From the NCBI GenBank assembly GCA_002104945.1, contig MCFH01000026.1, positions 558,001-622,000 on the forward strand: 64,000 nt of DNA, read 5' to 3'. The position numbers and the translations under genes are program-made. The stretch comes from Piromyces finnis finn (lineage: Eukaryota; Fungi; Neocallimastigomycota). The notes under the pieces are model-generated. The model was not told the DNA's origin, ran no database searches, and worked only from the letters and a program-made list of their open reading frames with translations. The stretch's first letter is position 1. Each line of letters begins with the position of its first letter. This document shows, piece after piece, positions 50,434-62,415 of this stretch.

Positions 50434-53400
50434 AACAATGATTTAAATAAAAATATAAATAAATATCATACAAGCTGGATATACGATACAGGTGCTTCGG
50501 AACATGTTACAAATAATAAAGAATTTTTGCCATAAGAAAATTTAAATGAATTGTGCTAGCAATACAGTATGCTACTTTGATGGATTTGGCACATATGAAG
50601 GATATATAAATAACTATCCAATAAAATTAGCTAACGTATACTATTCCAAACAATTAAACAAAAACTTAATTAGCGGCATTAAACTTAATAACTCTGGATT
50701 CAAAAGTACTATAAGTCAAGAAAATAATAAACCCTGTATCATAATTAAATCTCAAGATAACAAGAACATTTATAAAACTTTCTCAAACAATGATAATAGC
50801 TTTCTTATTCATACTAAAACAAAGAATACAATAATAAGCGTATATTCAATATCAATAATTCAAAATTTAATGAAACACTATGGCATAATCGACTTGCTTA
50901 TTACTATAATAAAGATCTTAAAAAATATTTAATTGAACACAATATTTCCCAAAATTTTGTAATGTATGCAAAGCCAGCAAATTAAAAAGAAAGCCTTATA
51001 ATAAAATTACTCCTAAAGCTTCCAAAATCAATGAAATTATCCATTCAGATATTATTGGTCCACTTACTGAATCTGTTAATAAAAAGAAATATATTCTTAC
51101 TTTCATTGATGATTTTTCAAGACACTCTTGGATATATCTACTTTCTTCTAAAGCTGAAGCTCCTAAAATAATTATTGAATTTTTAACTCTTATTAATAAT
51201 CAGTCAAATAATCACAAAGTCAAATATTTTAAAAGTGATAATGGTAAAGAATACACTAACAAAAAGGTTATTAAATTCTGCAAAAAATATGGAATTATTA
51301 AATTATTTTCTCCTCCTTACAACCCGGAAAACAACGGAATTGCAGAAAGGTTCAACCAAACAATCATTTCTTCAACCAAAACTTTATATTGGAGCAAACT
51401 TAGTCTTAATTTTTGGAATTTTACAGTACAATACTCTAATTATATTTATAATTTAGTTCCTCATCAAAGCATTTCAAATCGTATTCTATATGAAATTTAT
51501 AATAGTAAAAAAGCTAATATTAACCATATCAAAGTCTTTGGATGCATTTGCGAATACAAAATTTTTAATCAACAAAAAACAAGTTATCACCAAACACTGC
51601 TAAAGGCATATTTTTAGGATTTAATACAAATGCGAATTCATATATAATAATGGACTATAATAAACAAACTATTCATCTGGTTAGAGAAGCCTACTTCCAC
51701 GAAGATACTCCTACTAACTACTCTGCTGACTCCGAATCAACAATTAAAGATCCTTACGATTTTAATTCTTACGTCCCAATGGTTAAGGACAATTCTACTA
51801 AGTTCGACCCTCCAGAGTTCAATTCCGCCAACAGTACCAATTCAGAAATTTTTAATTATATCCCAATCACAAATAATTCACTTAACCCTTCAGATAATTT
51901 AAATGAATTTTCAGGTACTACAACAAATTTTTCTGGTGAAACATCAAAAATTTTCTCCAATTCTAATAATGAAAATTTTAATTTAAATAATCAAAATTTC
52001 AATAATAAAATTTCAAATTCTGAAAATAATTGTGATCTTGAAATTTCAAAAAGCATTTCAAGAAATTTCTCGTCAAATAATGATTTTACCACACCAAATG
52101 AAATTATAATGATACAGACACATCTACTGATATCAACATTAATTATAATAGTCAAATTTCACCAACTCCTACAAATAATGATCTCGAAATTCATGATGAA
52201 TTTCTTAATACAAATAATTTTTCTTCAAGTAATAATAATTTTAATAATTCGACTCCTATTATAGAAAATAATAACATTAATAATTTTCCAAATAATCCAA
52301 CTAATTTTTATGACCAATTTTCCATATTTTATAACGATACAAATCATAAAATCCCTAAAAGACCTACCAATCCACTTATTAATCCAAAACTCAAAAGACT
52401 CAATTCTTATTCTTATCCTAAAATTAATTCTATTTCTTCAATACATACATCAATTCCTATAACCTATCAAAATGCATTATCAAATAATAATAGTGACAAA
52501 TGGATTAAAGCTATTAATGATGAACTAAACAATCTTTACAGAAATAAAACTATGACATTCGTTAAAAATCTTCCCAAAGGTAAAAATGTAGTAACCACCA
52601 AATGGATTTTCACTATTAAAACAGATGAAAATAATAACATTACTAAATATAAAGCATGTATTGTAGCTAGAGGTTACACACAAAAATATGGCATTGATTT
52701 TGAATTTACATACTCTCCAACTTTAAACTTTGATATTATTAAACTTCTTGCTATTTCCGCAAAATTCAAATGGAAAGTTTATCAATTGGACATCAAATCT
52801 GCCTACCTCCATGCAAATTTAGATACTACTATTCCCGAAGGTGATAAAAACTATGGAAAAGGATTTTGGAAACTGAATAAGGCTCTATACGGACTCAAAC
52901 GAAGCGGAAGACAATGGTATGAATACATTTCTACTTTTCTTATTAATCATGGATTTTCTCAATGCACTTCAGACTATTGCATTTTCTTTAAAATTTTTGA
53001 TAACCAAATTTCTTGTATTATTGGACTTTATGTTGATGATATGATTATTTGTGAAACAAACCTTGAACTTATAAATATAATCTCACAAATTAAATCTAAA
53101 TTTAAAATTTCTAACTGTCAACCTATTCATTATTTATTAAGTATTAAAATTGAAAACAATAATTTTTCTTATTCTATTTCACAAAAGCACGTTATTGAAA
53201 ATATTTTAGACGAATATAATCTTAATAACTGCAGATCTCGAAAAACGCCATGTACTGGTGACAATGATTCTGAAAACACTAAACCATTTGATACTACCAT
53301 TTACAAAAGTTTAATTGGTTCTCTTATTTACATTGCTAGATGAACAAGACCAGATATTTCTTTTGCTGTTCACAAAGCTGCTCGAAAATCTGAACAACCT

Positions 53401-53476
53401 ACTATTTCCGACTACAACAAAGTTATAAATATTATCAAGTATCTTAAAACCACTATAGACTACAAAATTACTTATG
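50434..53476 (+). pseudogene. pol: Copia PR-integrase-RT, degenerate
   Basis: WIYDTGASEHVTNNK, NKNLISGIKL, WHNRL, IIHSDIIGP, FIDDFSRHSW, SDNGKEY, ENNGIAERFN, YKACIVARGYTQKYGIDF, QLDIKSAYLH, KALYGLKRSGRQW and LYVDDMII. Several frameshifts and stops (e.g. TGA 53341). Confidence 0.92.
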
Positions 53477-54088
53477 TGTAAAGATATCAAACGCCTCAAC
53501 TTGATATCTTTAATGTAACTTAAGCCATAAGTATTATTGTTTAAGTTACACAAATTATATTACAGAAAAAGAAAATGAGACATAATTCATTTATTAATAA
53601 TTAAAGTTTAAAACAAAATAAATTATTAATTTATTTTTAATGTTTAACAAGTAAATTAAAATTCTCAATTTAAATCCCTAGTTTTAGTATTGCTTTTCAT
53701 AGAAATAGATAAATAATATATAAATAATAAATGATTAATATATCAATAATACATGGGCACATATTCAAATTGAATAGTACTTAATTTGAATTGCCAATTA
53801 TATTTTACTAAAAATAGTTATAGTTTAAATATTTATTAATAATTAAGATTTTAGTGTAGATTTTAAATAATAATATATAAGAAATAAATAGTTATAATAT
53901 AATATAAATGTATTTAGGAAAAATATAAATAGAAGATATTTTTCATCATTTTATCGATGTAATTGTTATTAATAAATTTCTATTATAATAAAAGATATTT
54001 TTAATAAAACAATTTTTATTTTTATTTTAAATTTAGTGTTATTGTAATAGAAGATATCCTAATCTATTCTTTCTGTGTCGCCATTACA
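53477..54088 (+). mobile_element. Solo LTR, family D (copy 2)
   Basis: TGTAAAG...CATTACA, 612 bp, TSD TTATG. Removal rejoins KITY-DGNGKIIAFTDAD in frame. Confidence 0.95.
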
Positions 54089-54566
54089 TTATGATGGTAA
54101 TGGAAAAATCATTGCATTCACTGATGCTGATTTTGGGGGAGATAAGATGGATGGAAAATCAACATCAGGATATATAATTCTTATGGAAAATAATCCAATA
54201 TGTTGGTGCTCAAATAAACAACAACCTATTGCTACTTCTACTGCTGAAGCCGAATATATCAGCACTACAGAATGCACAAAGAAAATTTCATACTTTAGAA
54301 ATATCCTAAAAGAATTATTCAAATTCAACGAACCAATAACTATTTATACTGATAACTTAGCAAGTAAAAGAGCAATTGAAAATGGTGAATTAAATTCCAA
54401 ACTTAAACACATAAATATAAAATTCCATTTCAATAGAGACAATATTAAAAATAACAAAATTAAACTAGAATATATTGACACAAATAATATGCTAGCAGAC
54501 TTTTTAACAAAAAATATTAATGGATCAAAAATGCAAAAGTTCACTGACATTATATTTAAAAAATAG
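54089..54566 (+). pseudogene. Copia RNase H
   Basis: AFTDADFGGD...KSTSGYI...WCSNKQQPIATSTAEAEY...TDN...KHINIKFHF...MLADFLTK. Confidence 0.92.
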
Positions 54567-54709
54567 CAAAATTTACAAAAACTTATAATTAACTTTATTT
54601 TATTAATATTTTATATTTTATATTTTACATTCAACTATTTAAATTTTTCAATTTCTTAATCTTTTCAAATTTAATTTTTACTTTTCATAAAAACAAATTT
54701 GAGGGGGAA

Positions 54710-54939
54710 TGTTAAACATTAATAATTTAACTTAAATCTAGAAATATGTAGAATAGAATAGAATTATGTATTACTAATATATTTAGTCATAGAATATTCT
54801 CATGATAAATAATACGCCACAATTCTTAGTATAAATAGAGAATAAATTTATGAACTATTTATGCACTTTGTAATTACCTTTTTATTAATAATATTAATAA
54901 ATAAAGTTTATATTAAAAACAATATTATAAATTTTCTCA
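54710..54939 (+). repeat. 3' LTR of copia element
   Basis: Preceded by the PPT; 228/230 identical to the 5' LTR; followed by ATTTT. Confidence 0.93.
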
Positions 54940-55220
54940 ATTTTTATTTATAATATTTTATATTTTATATTTATATTTTATTATATTTTTATTATGTTTT
55001 AATAAACATTTTTATACTTTTATACTAATCTATTATAGATTATTAATTAAATAAGTAAAATATAGTTTATAATTATTAAAAGATATATAAAGTATTATTA
55101 TTCATGTATTTTTAATTCTTTGCTTCTCATTAATTATAGCCAATATTCATATTTAATAAAACTAATTTTAAAATTTTAATACATTAAATTTCTATCTAAA
55201 AAGGAAACAGAACCGAGTTA

Positions 55221-58200
55221 TATCATTTGGTGGAGATATCGGTTCTTTTGGAGGAGGAAGAAGTTACACAATTTTAATAAATTGTAATAGTTATTTCTAT
55301 AAAAACATTTTTTTCATATATTCTTTCATATAGTTATTTAGTAACTATATTTAATATTGATAATTGAAGTTTCGTTCTTATCAATATTGAATTTAACAAA
55401 ATTGTGTCAGCATAAGCAATCTTTTCAATTCTCAGAAAGGATATAGTAAAGGTGATTTTAATATTCTGAAGAGTGTGACAGAACATAAATCATCGGATGA
55501 AAGATCCTTAAATGTGCAGCTTATTATACACATTTTGGTCGGAAATTCAAATTGATAATAACAATATTAAATATCTAGATATAAAATTTAATAATACATT
55601 AATAAACAAGTAATATAATTACTGTTAATTAAAAAAAATTATAAAAACCTTATTCATTAAGAAATTGGACTACACAAGTATTATTGAAGCTCTTGTCAAA
55701 GAAGCTAAGGAAAGAAGAATGGCGGAGTTAATTTCGGGGAAATATTGAATTATTTGGTATAGAATAATTTGTTGCTAAAATAATTTATTAATAGTTAATA
55801 AATAGTAATTTTAAAAAGGTTATTTAGTTAATTGTTTTGTAATTGAGTTGTTAAATTATTGGTTTAGTTTGATATAAGAATAAAATAATTAAAAATAGTC
55901 AAATTAAATAATTTAATTGGAATATTAAATATTGGTTGATTATTTGTTGCTTATTAAGTAGTAAAATAAGTGATAGGTATAGAATTTTAAACAACCGTGA
56001 CAATGGAATAGCTGGAGCCATTGACGCAGACTCTGAAGCGAGTTCCATTATGGATATCGAGGATGAGACTGATCAAAGCGTTAACACCAGGGGAAAACTC
56101 ATCCCAAAACCTCCAAGTTTTTCAGGAAAAAGAAGTGAACTTCTTTACTTCCTGACAAGATTGGAGAAATATTTTAAATATAACTTAGAAGAAGATGCTA
56201 CCGACACCAACAAGCTGAATATCTTGGGATGCTACCTAGAGAGAACCACCACCGAATAGTTTGCCAACTTAGTATGAGAAGAAAGCCTCCTGTTGAACTC
56301 TTATGAAGATTTTATCGAAACAATGAAGGCTCACTATAAGACTTGTAATAGTGATGATGTAGCTAACAGCCGGTTGGTGAAGATAAATGAAGAGCAATTC
56401 AGGAATGTAATGGACTGTGAAGCTTTTGAGAAGATAGTCAGGGATTCTTCATTTAATGATGAAGCTAAGATCTACTTCTTTATGGAAGGACTACCATCCG
56501 TCAAGGAGAAAGCAAGGCTACTGTATCCAAAAATTAGAAAACTTACTGAATTGATCAATGTGGTTGCCGTTAATGTTGAAGTTGACTGGAAGGTTTATGG
56601 AAATGACCCTCTGGATGTCGACGGAAAGAAGGTTAGAAGATATAATAGAAATTTAGGAATTAATAGATATGCTTCTTATGGAACAAAGTATAATAATTAT
56701 GTGGATTAAGAAAACTACCAAAATTTGACTAAATCAAGAAAATGCTTTTTCTTTATAAGAGCAGGACACTTAAAGAAGGATTGTCCTCAACTATAAGGTA
56801 ATAAACAGACCGAAAGCGTTTATGACTACTACCACTGGAAAAAGAATGTTGAATGTTTATGATATTTTGCTACAAGTTAATAACTGAGTTTTCTTAAGGC
56901 TCTTGTGGATTCTGGTTCTGGTTTGGACTTTTTGGATTGGAAAGCTGTGGACAAGTGCAAGATTCCATTCCAAAGAATGTTTAAGGATAAGTATGTTGAA
57001 GGTATAGGTGATAATGGATTCTTGAAGTGTGATATAATTCCTTTAATTATGAATATCAAGAATCATAAAGAATCAATTCAATTCTACCGATCTTTCTTCA
57101 GGTATTTCTGTCGTTCTGAACAAGAACTGGTTAAGAAAACATGATCCTACAATCAGCTTTAAGGATCAAACCATAAAGTTTAATTCTAAATTTTGTACTT
57201 TAAATTGCTGTGCTACTCCAGAAGACATGAAGAGGGGAAACCAAGAAGAGGAATTAGCAAAGAATGAAGAAAGAAAAAAGAAAAGGAACTCCTACAAAAA
57301 ATACTTAGTACCTATATAAATAGTTTAAAAATTAGAAATAGTGTAAAGTTTTGTAAAACATTAGATTAAACAAAACTGCAATAACACTAAATTTTTGATT
57401 ACACTTATAATTTATAGTTTTATTATTTTTTGTTCTTTATGAAAATATTTTTATTTAAATGTTATTAACTACTTAATAGTCAATAACAATTACAATTATT
57501 TAAATTTACATGAAATTTCGAATCATTTATATTTTTTGCGATTACATTATAATATATCTAATTTATTTATATTTCTATTCAATATAAAACTATCCTTAAA
57601 AATCTTAAAATATAATAATTTAATTTCACAATATTAAATGACAAGAATTTTAATGTATATCTTTTCGAAAATCCTCTAAGAGATTTTCATTAATTTTTTG
57701 AACTTTATATATTATGAATTCTTTATTATGAATTCCATGTGTTATACTAAGTGAAAAATAGCACAATAAAAACTTTTGTGATTGAGAAATTAGTTTTTCT
57801 CTTGAAGATTATTAAATAAATTATTTAAATATTAATTATTTAATAGTCTTTATAGATAGTGAAATTAAAGAAAATAGAAAAATTATAGATAAAAATAAGA
57901 ATTCATATATTAAAAAGAAATGTAATAAAAATTTAAAATTAAATAAAAAGAATGTTCAAAAGTATATTGAATGTAGTGTTCTCTCAAATTATAAAAATAA
58001 GAGTGAAAATGTTGAAGAAAATATTTGTAAAGATATCAAACGCCTCAACATGATATTTTTAATGTAACCTAAGCCACAAATATTATCGTTTAAGTTACTC
58101 AAATTATATTACAGAAAACGAAAATGAGACATAATTTATTTATTAATAATTAAAGTTTAAAACAAAATAAATTACTAATTTATTTCTACATATAAATTAA

Positions 58201-59510
58201 ATATCTCAATTTAATTTCTTGGTTTTAGTATTGTTTTTGATAGAAATAGATAAATAGTAATATAATTAATAAATGACTAATATATCAATAATACACAGGC
58301 ACATATTCAAATTAAATAGTACTTAATTTGAATTTCTAATTATATTTTACTAAAATAATTATAATTTAAATATTTTATTAGTAATTAAGATTTTAGCATA
58401 GGTTTTAAATAGTAATATATAGTAAATAAATAGTTATAATATATAGCAAATGTATTTAGGAAAAATATAAATAGAAGATATTTTTCATCATTTTATGGAT
58501 GTAATTGTTATTAACAATTTTATTACAATAAATTAATAAAAAACCATTTTTATAAACCATATTTTATCTTTTATGTTGTTATTGTTATAGGTTAGATATC
58601 CTAATCTATTCGGTTTTGTGTCTGGCTTTACAGTATTATAGAAATTCCAAATGTATATAAGAGATTTAAAAGTGTATTTGATGAGGTTGAGTGTAATATA
58701 ACTACTTCCACATCGGATATACGATTGTAAAATAAGGTTGAAAGATAAAGATAATTTGTTTTATTGTCCTCTGTATCCTTTAACAAAAGTAGAAAACGTT
58801 AAAGGAGTATATTTCTGAAAACCTAAAACTGTTCATTAGGAAAAAGGATGGAATTTTTAGATTGTGAGTTGATTATCGAAGACTCAATGAAAACACAATC
58901 AAGGATTAATATTTATTACCTCTCATCTGAAGTATTCGATAGATTAAGAAAAGCCAAAGTTTTCACTAAACTTGATCTCAAGTTCGCCTATAATCTAGTT
59001 CGAATAAATGAAGGTGATGAATATAAAATTGCATTTAGGACAGGATTTGGTTTGAATAACTTGTCATTCCATTTGGATTGAAAAACACTCCTGCAACTTT
59101 TCAACATTTTATTAATGATGTTCTTGGGGAATACTTGGATGAATTCGCATTTTCGTACATTGATGATATTCTGATTTATTCGAAAAACTTAGAAGAACAC
59201 AGAATGCATGTAATGAAAGTTCTTCAAAGACTAAAAGAAAATAGACTTTATGCAAAACTTAGTAAATGTGAATTTGAGACTTCATAAACTACTTTCTTAG
59301 GGAATGTTATCTCAGATAAAGAAATATCTATGGATCAAAGCTATTATAGAATAGCTTGTACCAACATCTGTTAAAGAAGTTCAATTATTTATAGGATTAT
59401 GTAACTACTACCGAAGATTTATTCCAAACTTCGCTGGAATTGTTAAACCGTTACATAATTTAACTAAGAAAGATGTTGTTTCTCATTGGTCAGAAGAATG
59501 TAATGAAGCT
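55221..59510 (+). mobile_element. Degenerate Ty3/gypsy element E (LTR end, tRNA-Ala PBS, gag, PR, RT)
   Basis: TATCA then TGGTGGAGATATCGG (55228). PKPPSFSGKRSELLYFL (gag), ALVDSGSGLDFL (PR, about 56900), [25 protein letters not shown] and [11 protein letters not shown] (RT). Many frameshifts; truncated near 59510. Confidence 0.85.
58026..58632 (+). mobile_element. Solo LTR, family D (copy 3, older)
   Basis: TGTAAAG...CTTTACA, 607 bp, imperfect TSD ATATT/GTATT. Removal rejoins EENI-IEIPNVYKRFKSVF. Confidence 0.85.
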
Positions 59511-60322
59511 TTTTGTAAATATAACAAATATTAATTGATGCGTTGACCGATATATTTTTGAATAACATAATATTTTTAATAAATAATAATAGGATTTAGA
59601 TGAAACAATAAATTTAAAATAAAATACGTTTTATAATTAACAAATAAATCTCTTAAGCTCAAAAATAAACTCTTTAATTATGTTTTTAGATTATCTCTCT
59701 CTTTATTATATTTTTATTATTTATTTATTGTCCTTTTATTCTCTATTTATTTTCTGATTTTTATGAAGAAGAATTTTATCTTCCTTTTATACATTTTCAT
59801 TTATTACATGCATTATTATTTTTAACTATTAAATATTATTATTACTATTGACATTATTTATTAAAATTAAAAGAATAAATTAAAATTATGTCTTAGTATT
59901 ATAAAATATTATAGAATATTACTTATTTGATTTTCTTATTACTTCAAAATGTTTAAATTTAGAATAATTATTATAAATTATCATTAGCTATCATTAAATG
60001 TATAATACTTTGAATAAAATAATTAAAATTTAAAATTAAAACAATATTAAAATAAAATTAGCAAAATTAAAATATTAAAAGTATCAATTATTATAGACAC
60101 ACATTTTATACAGAAACATAAAAGAGTTCTGTATTTTATCTTAATATTCTAAATCCTCTTTGTTATTAAACTCTTTGAAATCTATTCAATTCCTAGAAAT
60201 CTATTACTTTCTTCAGGACTCTCTTCGGGACTCTCTTGGACTCTCTTTTGGACTTTGAACTCTCTGAAACTTCTCTAATTTCCGATTTCTTCTCTTGGAT
60301 ATTTCCTAAAAAGAAAGTAATT

Positions 60323-61054
60323 ATGGAACATAAATTCTTAAATACGAATAACAGTAATTTAGATAATGCAACTTTGAAAGATGGTTTTGAAGGAGACCGT
60401 CAGTATTTCAAAGGATTCATTGCAAAGATGGAACTTATATTTATGCTCTATCCAGACCGTTATGCTAGTGATACAGATAAAGTCGTATATTTGATATCTA
60501 GAATGTACGGCGATGCAATGAATTGGATCGCTTCTCTGATAAAAAATAATGATACATATTTATGACTACGAAGCCTTTGTTGGAAAGTTAAAAGCAATGT
60601 ATGGTTTTTCTGCTTCGGCTTTCGTAGCTAATAGGAAACTCAAAACAATAAAACAAGTACGTCTAGGTAATATTTAAAATTATATCCTAGAATTTAATAA
60701 GTTTGCAGACGAATCTACTTGGAATGAGGATGCAAAGATGGATGCTTTTCTGGAAGGCCTTCAAGGTCCAATAGCTAGTAGAATTCTGGAAATGTTCCCT
60801 GGACCGAAAACACTATCTTCAATGAAGACGATTGCTACTAGAATTGATTCAAGAATATCCGCTCACCGACAATTGTTTGGTAATGGAAAAAACCCTTCTA
60901 GTAAAAAACCTTTGTTTATATTCTGGATCTGCTCAACATAAGCTAGAAGATTGCCCATTAGCTAATAAGAAGAATTTGAACCTTCCAATGAATTAAATTC
61001 AGAAGAAAAGATAATGGAAATGCTACCCTCTAAACTTAATTCTTTTAAAGATGT
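60323..61054 (+). pseudogene. Degenerate Ty3 gag (element G) and start of pol
   Basis: FEGDRQYFKGFIAKMELIF...VVYLISRMYGDAMNW...DAKMDAFLEGL, with a degraded zinc knuckle near 60910-60960. Confidence 0.8.
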
Positions 61055-61083
61055 TGTAAAGATATAATATATATCTTTAGATT

Positions 61084-61557
61084 TGTTAGAATATGTGTAA
61101 CGTGATAAGTTTATAATATACTATGTAATATGTGTCAAACACATTGAAATTTATTTGTACTACATTAAATACATAAGCCATAATTGTAAATCATATAAAT
61201 ACATGTAATTTCACATAATGTAAACATAAGAGTCTTTAGAACAAATATCCTCATGTAATTCTTAATAATAAAATACATTAATAAAGTTGACATATTCATA
61301 AAACCCAATTAACCAAAATGTTAATATTTTTTTTTTTTTTTTTTTTTTTTTTTGATTTATTTGATACACACAATGTATTATACCTATCTCCTGGGCATTC
61401 ATTATAATATTGTCTATAATTATTAGGACAAAAATATGAGTATTTACAATTTCCAGATATTGAGAGTGAATTACCATTTCAATAATAAAATACATTAATA
61501 AAGTTGACATATTCATAAAACCCAATTAACCAAAATGTTAATAGATTAAGAGTCTCA
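61084..61557 (+). mobile_element. Putative copia-type 5' LTR (61084-61543) with tRNA-Lys half PBS, carrying a captured gene fragment
   Basis: Starts TGTTAG and ends TTAATA (CA probably mutated), directly followed by GATTAAGAGTCTCA as in the 33793 copia. Confidence 0.6.
61327..61480 (-). other. Poly(A)-tailed inverted copy of 127 nt of the neighbouring gene, between 63-bp direct repeats
   Basis: The reverse complement of 61354-61480 equals 62651-62777 with 1 mismatch. T27 at 61327-61353; 61264-61326 equals 61481-61543. Confidence 0.95.
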
Positions 61558-62415
61558 ATTGCCCTCAGTTCTCAACTAGCTCTCATATGCTCTCATGGTA
61601 CTACTAATATAAAACTTTAAAAGGACTTAATAAAATGGAAACTCCCAGCCGGACAAAATAGAAGAAAGAAAATACTAACTTATAATAAAAGCTACCTCTA
61701 GTCAACTTTAAAGAAAAACTAATATCAAAAATTAGAAGACTCTCAATACCTTAAATTAAAACTATCATTCCAATACTTAGCCAAAAACATCAATTAGAAG
61801 AATATGACTGATATAATTACCACCATACCAAAATTCAGAAAATGAAAAATTAAAATTTACAAAAATTTTGAAATCTCAAATTGAAATTTGAATTCTAAAA
61901 TTGAAATGTCAATATAAAATTGAAAATTATGAAGTGACAAATGAACAATAAAAATGAAAGAAAATCACTACTTGTTAAAATAAAGTTTCCTTACACTAAA
62001 ATAATATAGATAATTTTATATTCCGAAAATAAATTATTCTAAAATTGAATTTTGAATTTTATACTTTTAATTTAAAATTTAAAAATAAACCAAAGGAAAT
62101 TAAATTCAAATAACCTTAGAACAATTTTAGTTCAATTTATTTAGAATGTTAACAATACTTATTTAAAACATAAAACATGAAACTAAGAAATTATTAGTTC
62201 TGAAACTATTTTAAAATTATCAATGTTAAATATTAATATAAAGTTAATAATTTAAAATCCTAAAATATATACCATAAATATATAGAAGAAAACAAATATT
62301 AATCTTAAACTACTTTATTTCGTCAAATCCGTATAAATTGTTAACAAAGCAACAATTGTTTTATTATTTACCCATCTTAATTAAAATTTATTATTTATTA
62401 TAATTTCATTAAATA

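Larger units (their letters stand above)
33793..54939 (+). mobile_element. Ty1/copia LTR retrotransposon, degenerate, hosting a nest of about 16 kb
   Basis: 230-bp LTRs 33793-34022 and 54710-54939 (TGTTAAAC...TTCTCA, 2 mismatches). TSD ATTTT, PBS 34023-34036, PPT gagggggaa 54701-54709. Domain order gag-PR-IN-RT-RH. Confidence 0.9.

Noticed and set aside
32874-55225. Full extent of element E's 5' LTR (possibly starting near 32874 and split by the copia)
   Set aside because: There is no second LTR in the window to define it; only its TATCA end and PBS are supported.
58027-58633. GT...CAG splice removing solo LTR D copy 3
   Set aside because: It would leave 5 extra nt (frameshift), and the host element is already degenerate.
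26958-61543. RIP-like CpA-to-TpA changes (TGG to TAG at 26960 and about 46378; LTR end CA to TA)
   Set aside because: There are only a few cases, and other LTR-pair differences are in non-CpA contexts or are transversions. A consensus-based mutation spectrum is needed.
14149-61557. tRNA-like sequences at 14149, 34023, 55228 and 61544
   Set aside because: These are short complements adjacent to LTR ends (primer binding sites), not tRNA genes; no cloverleaf is present.
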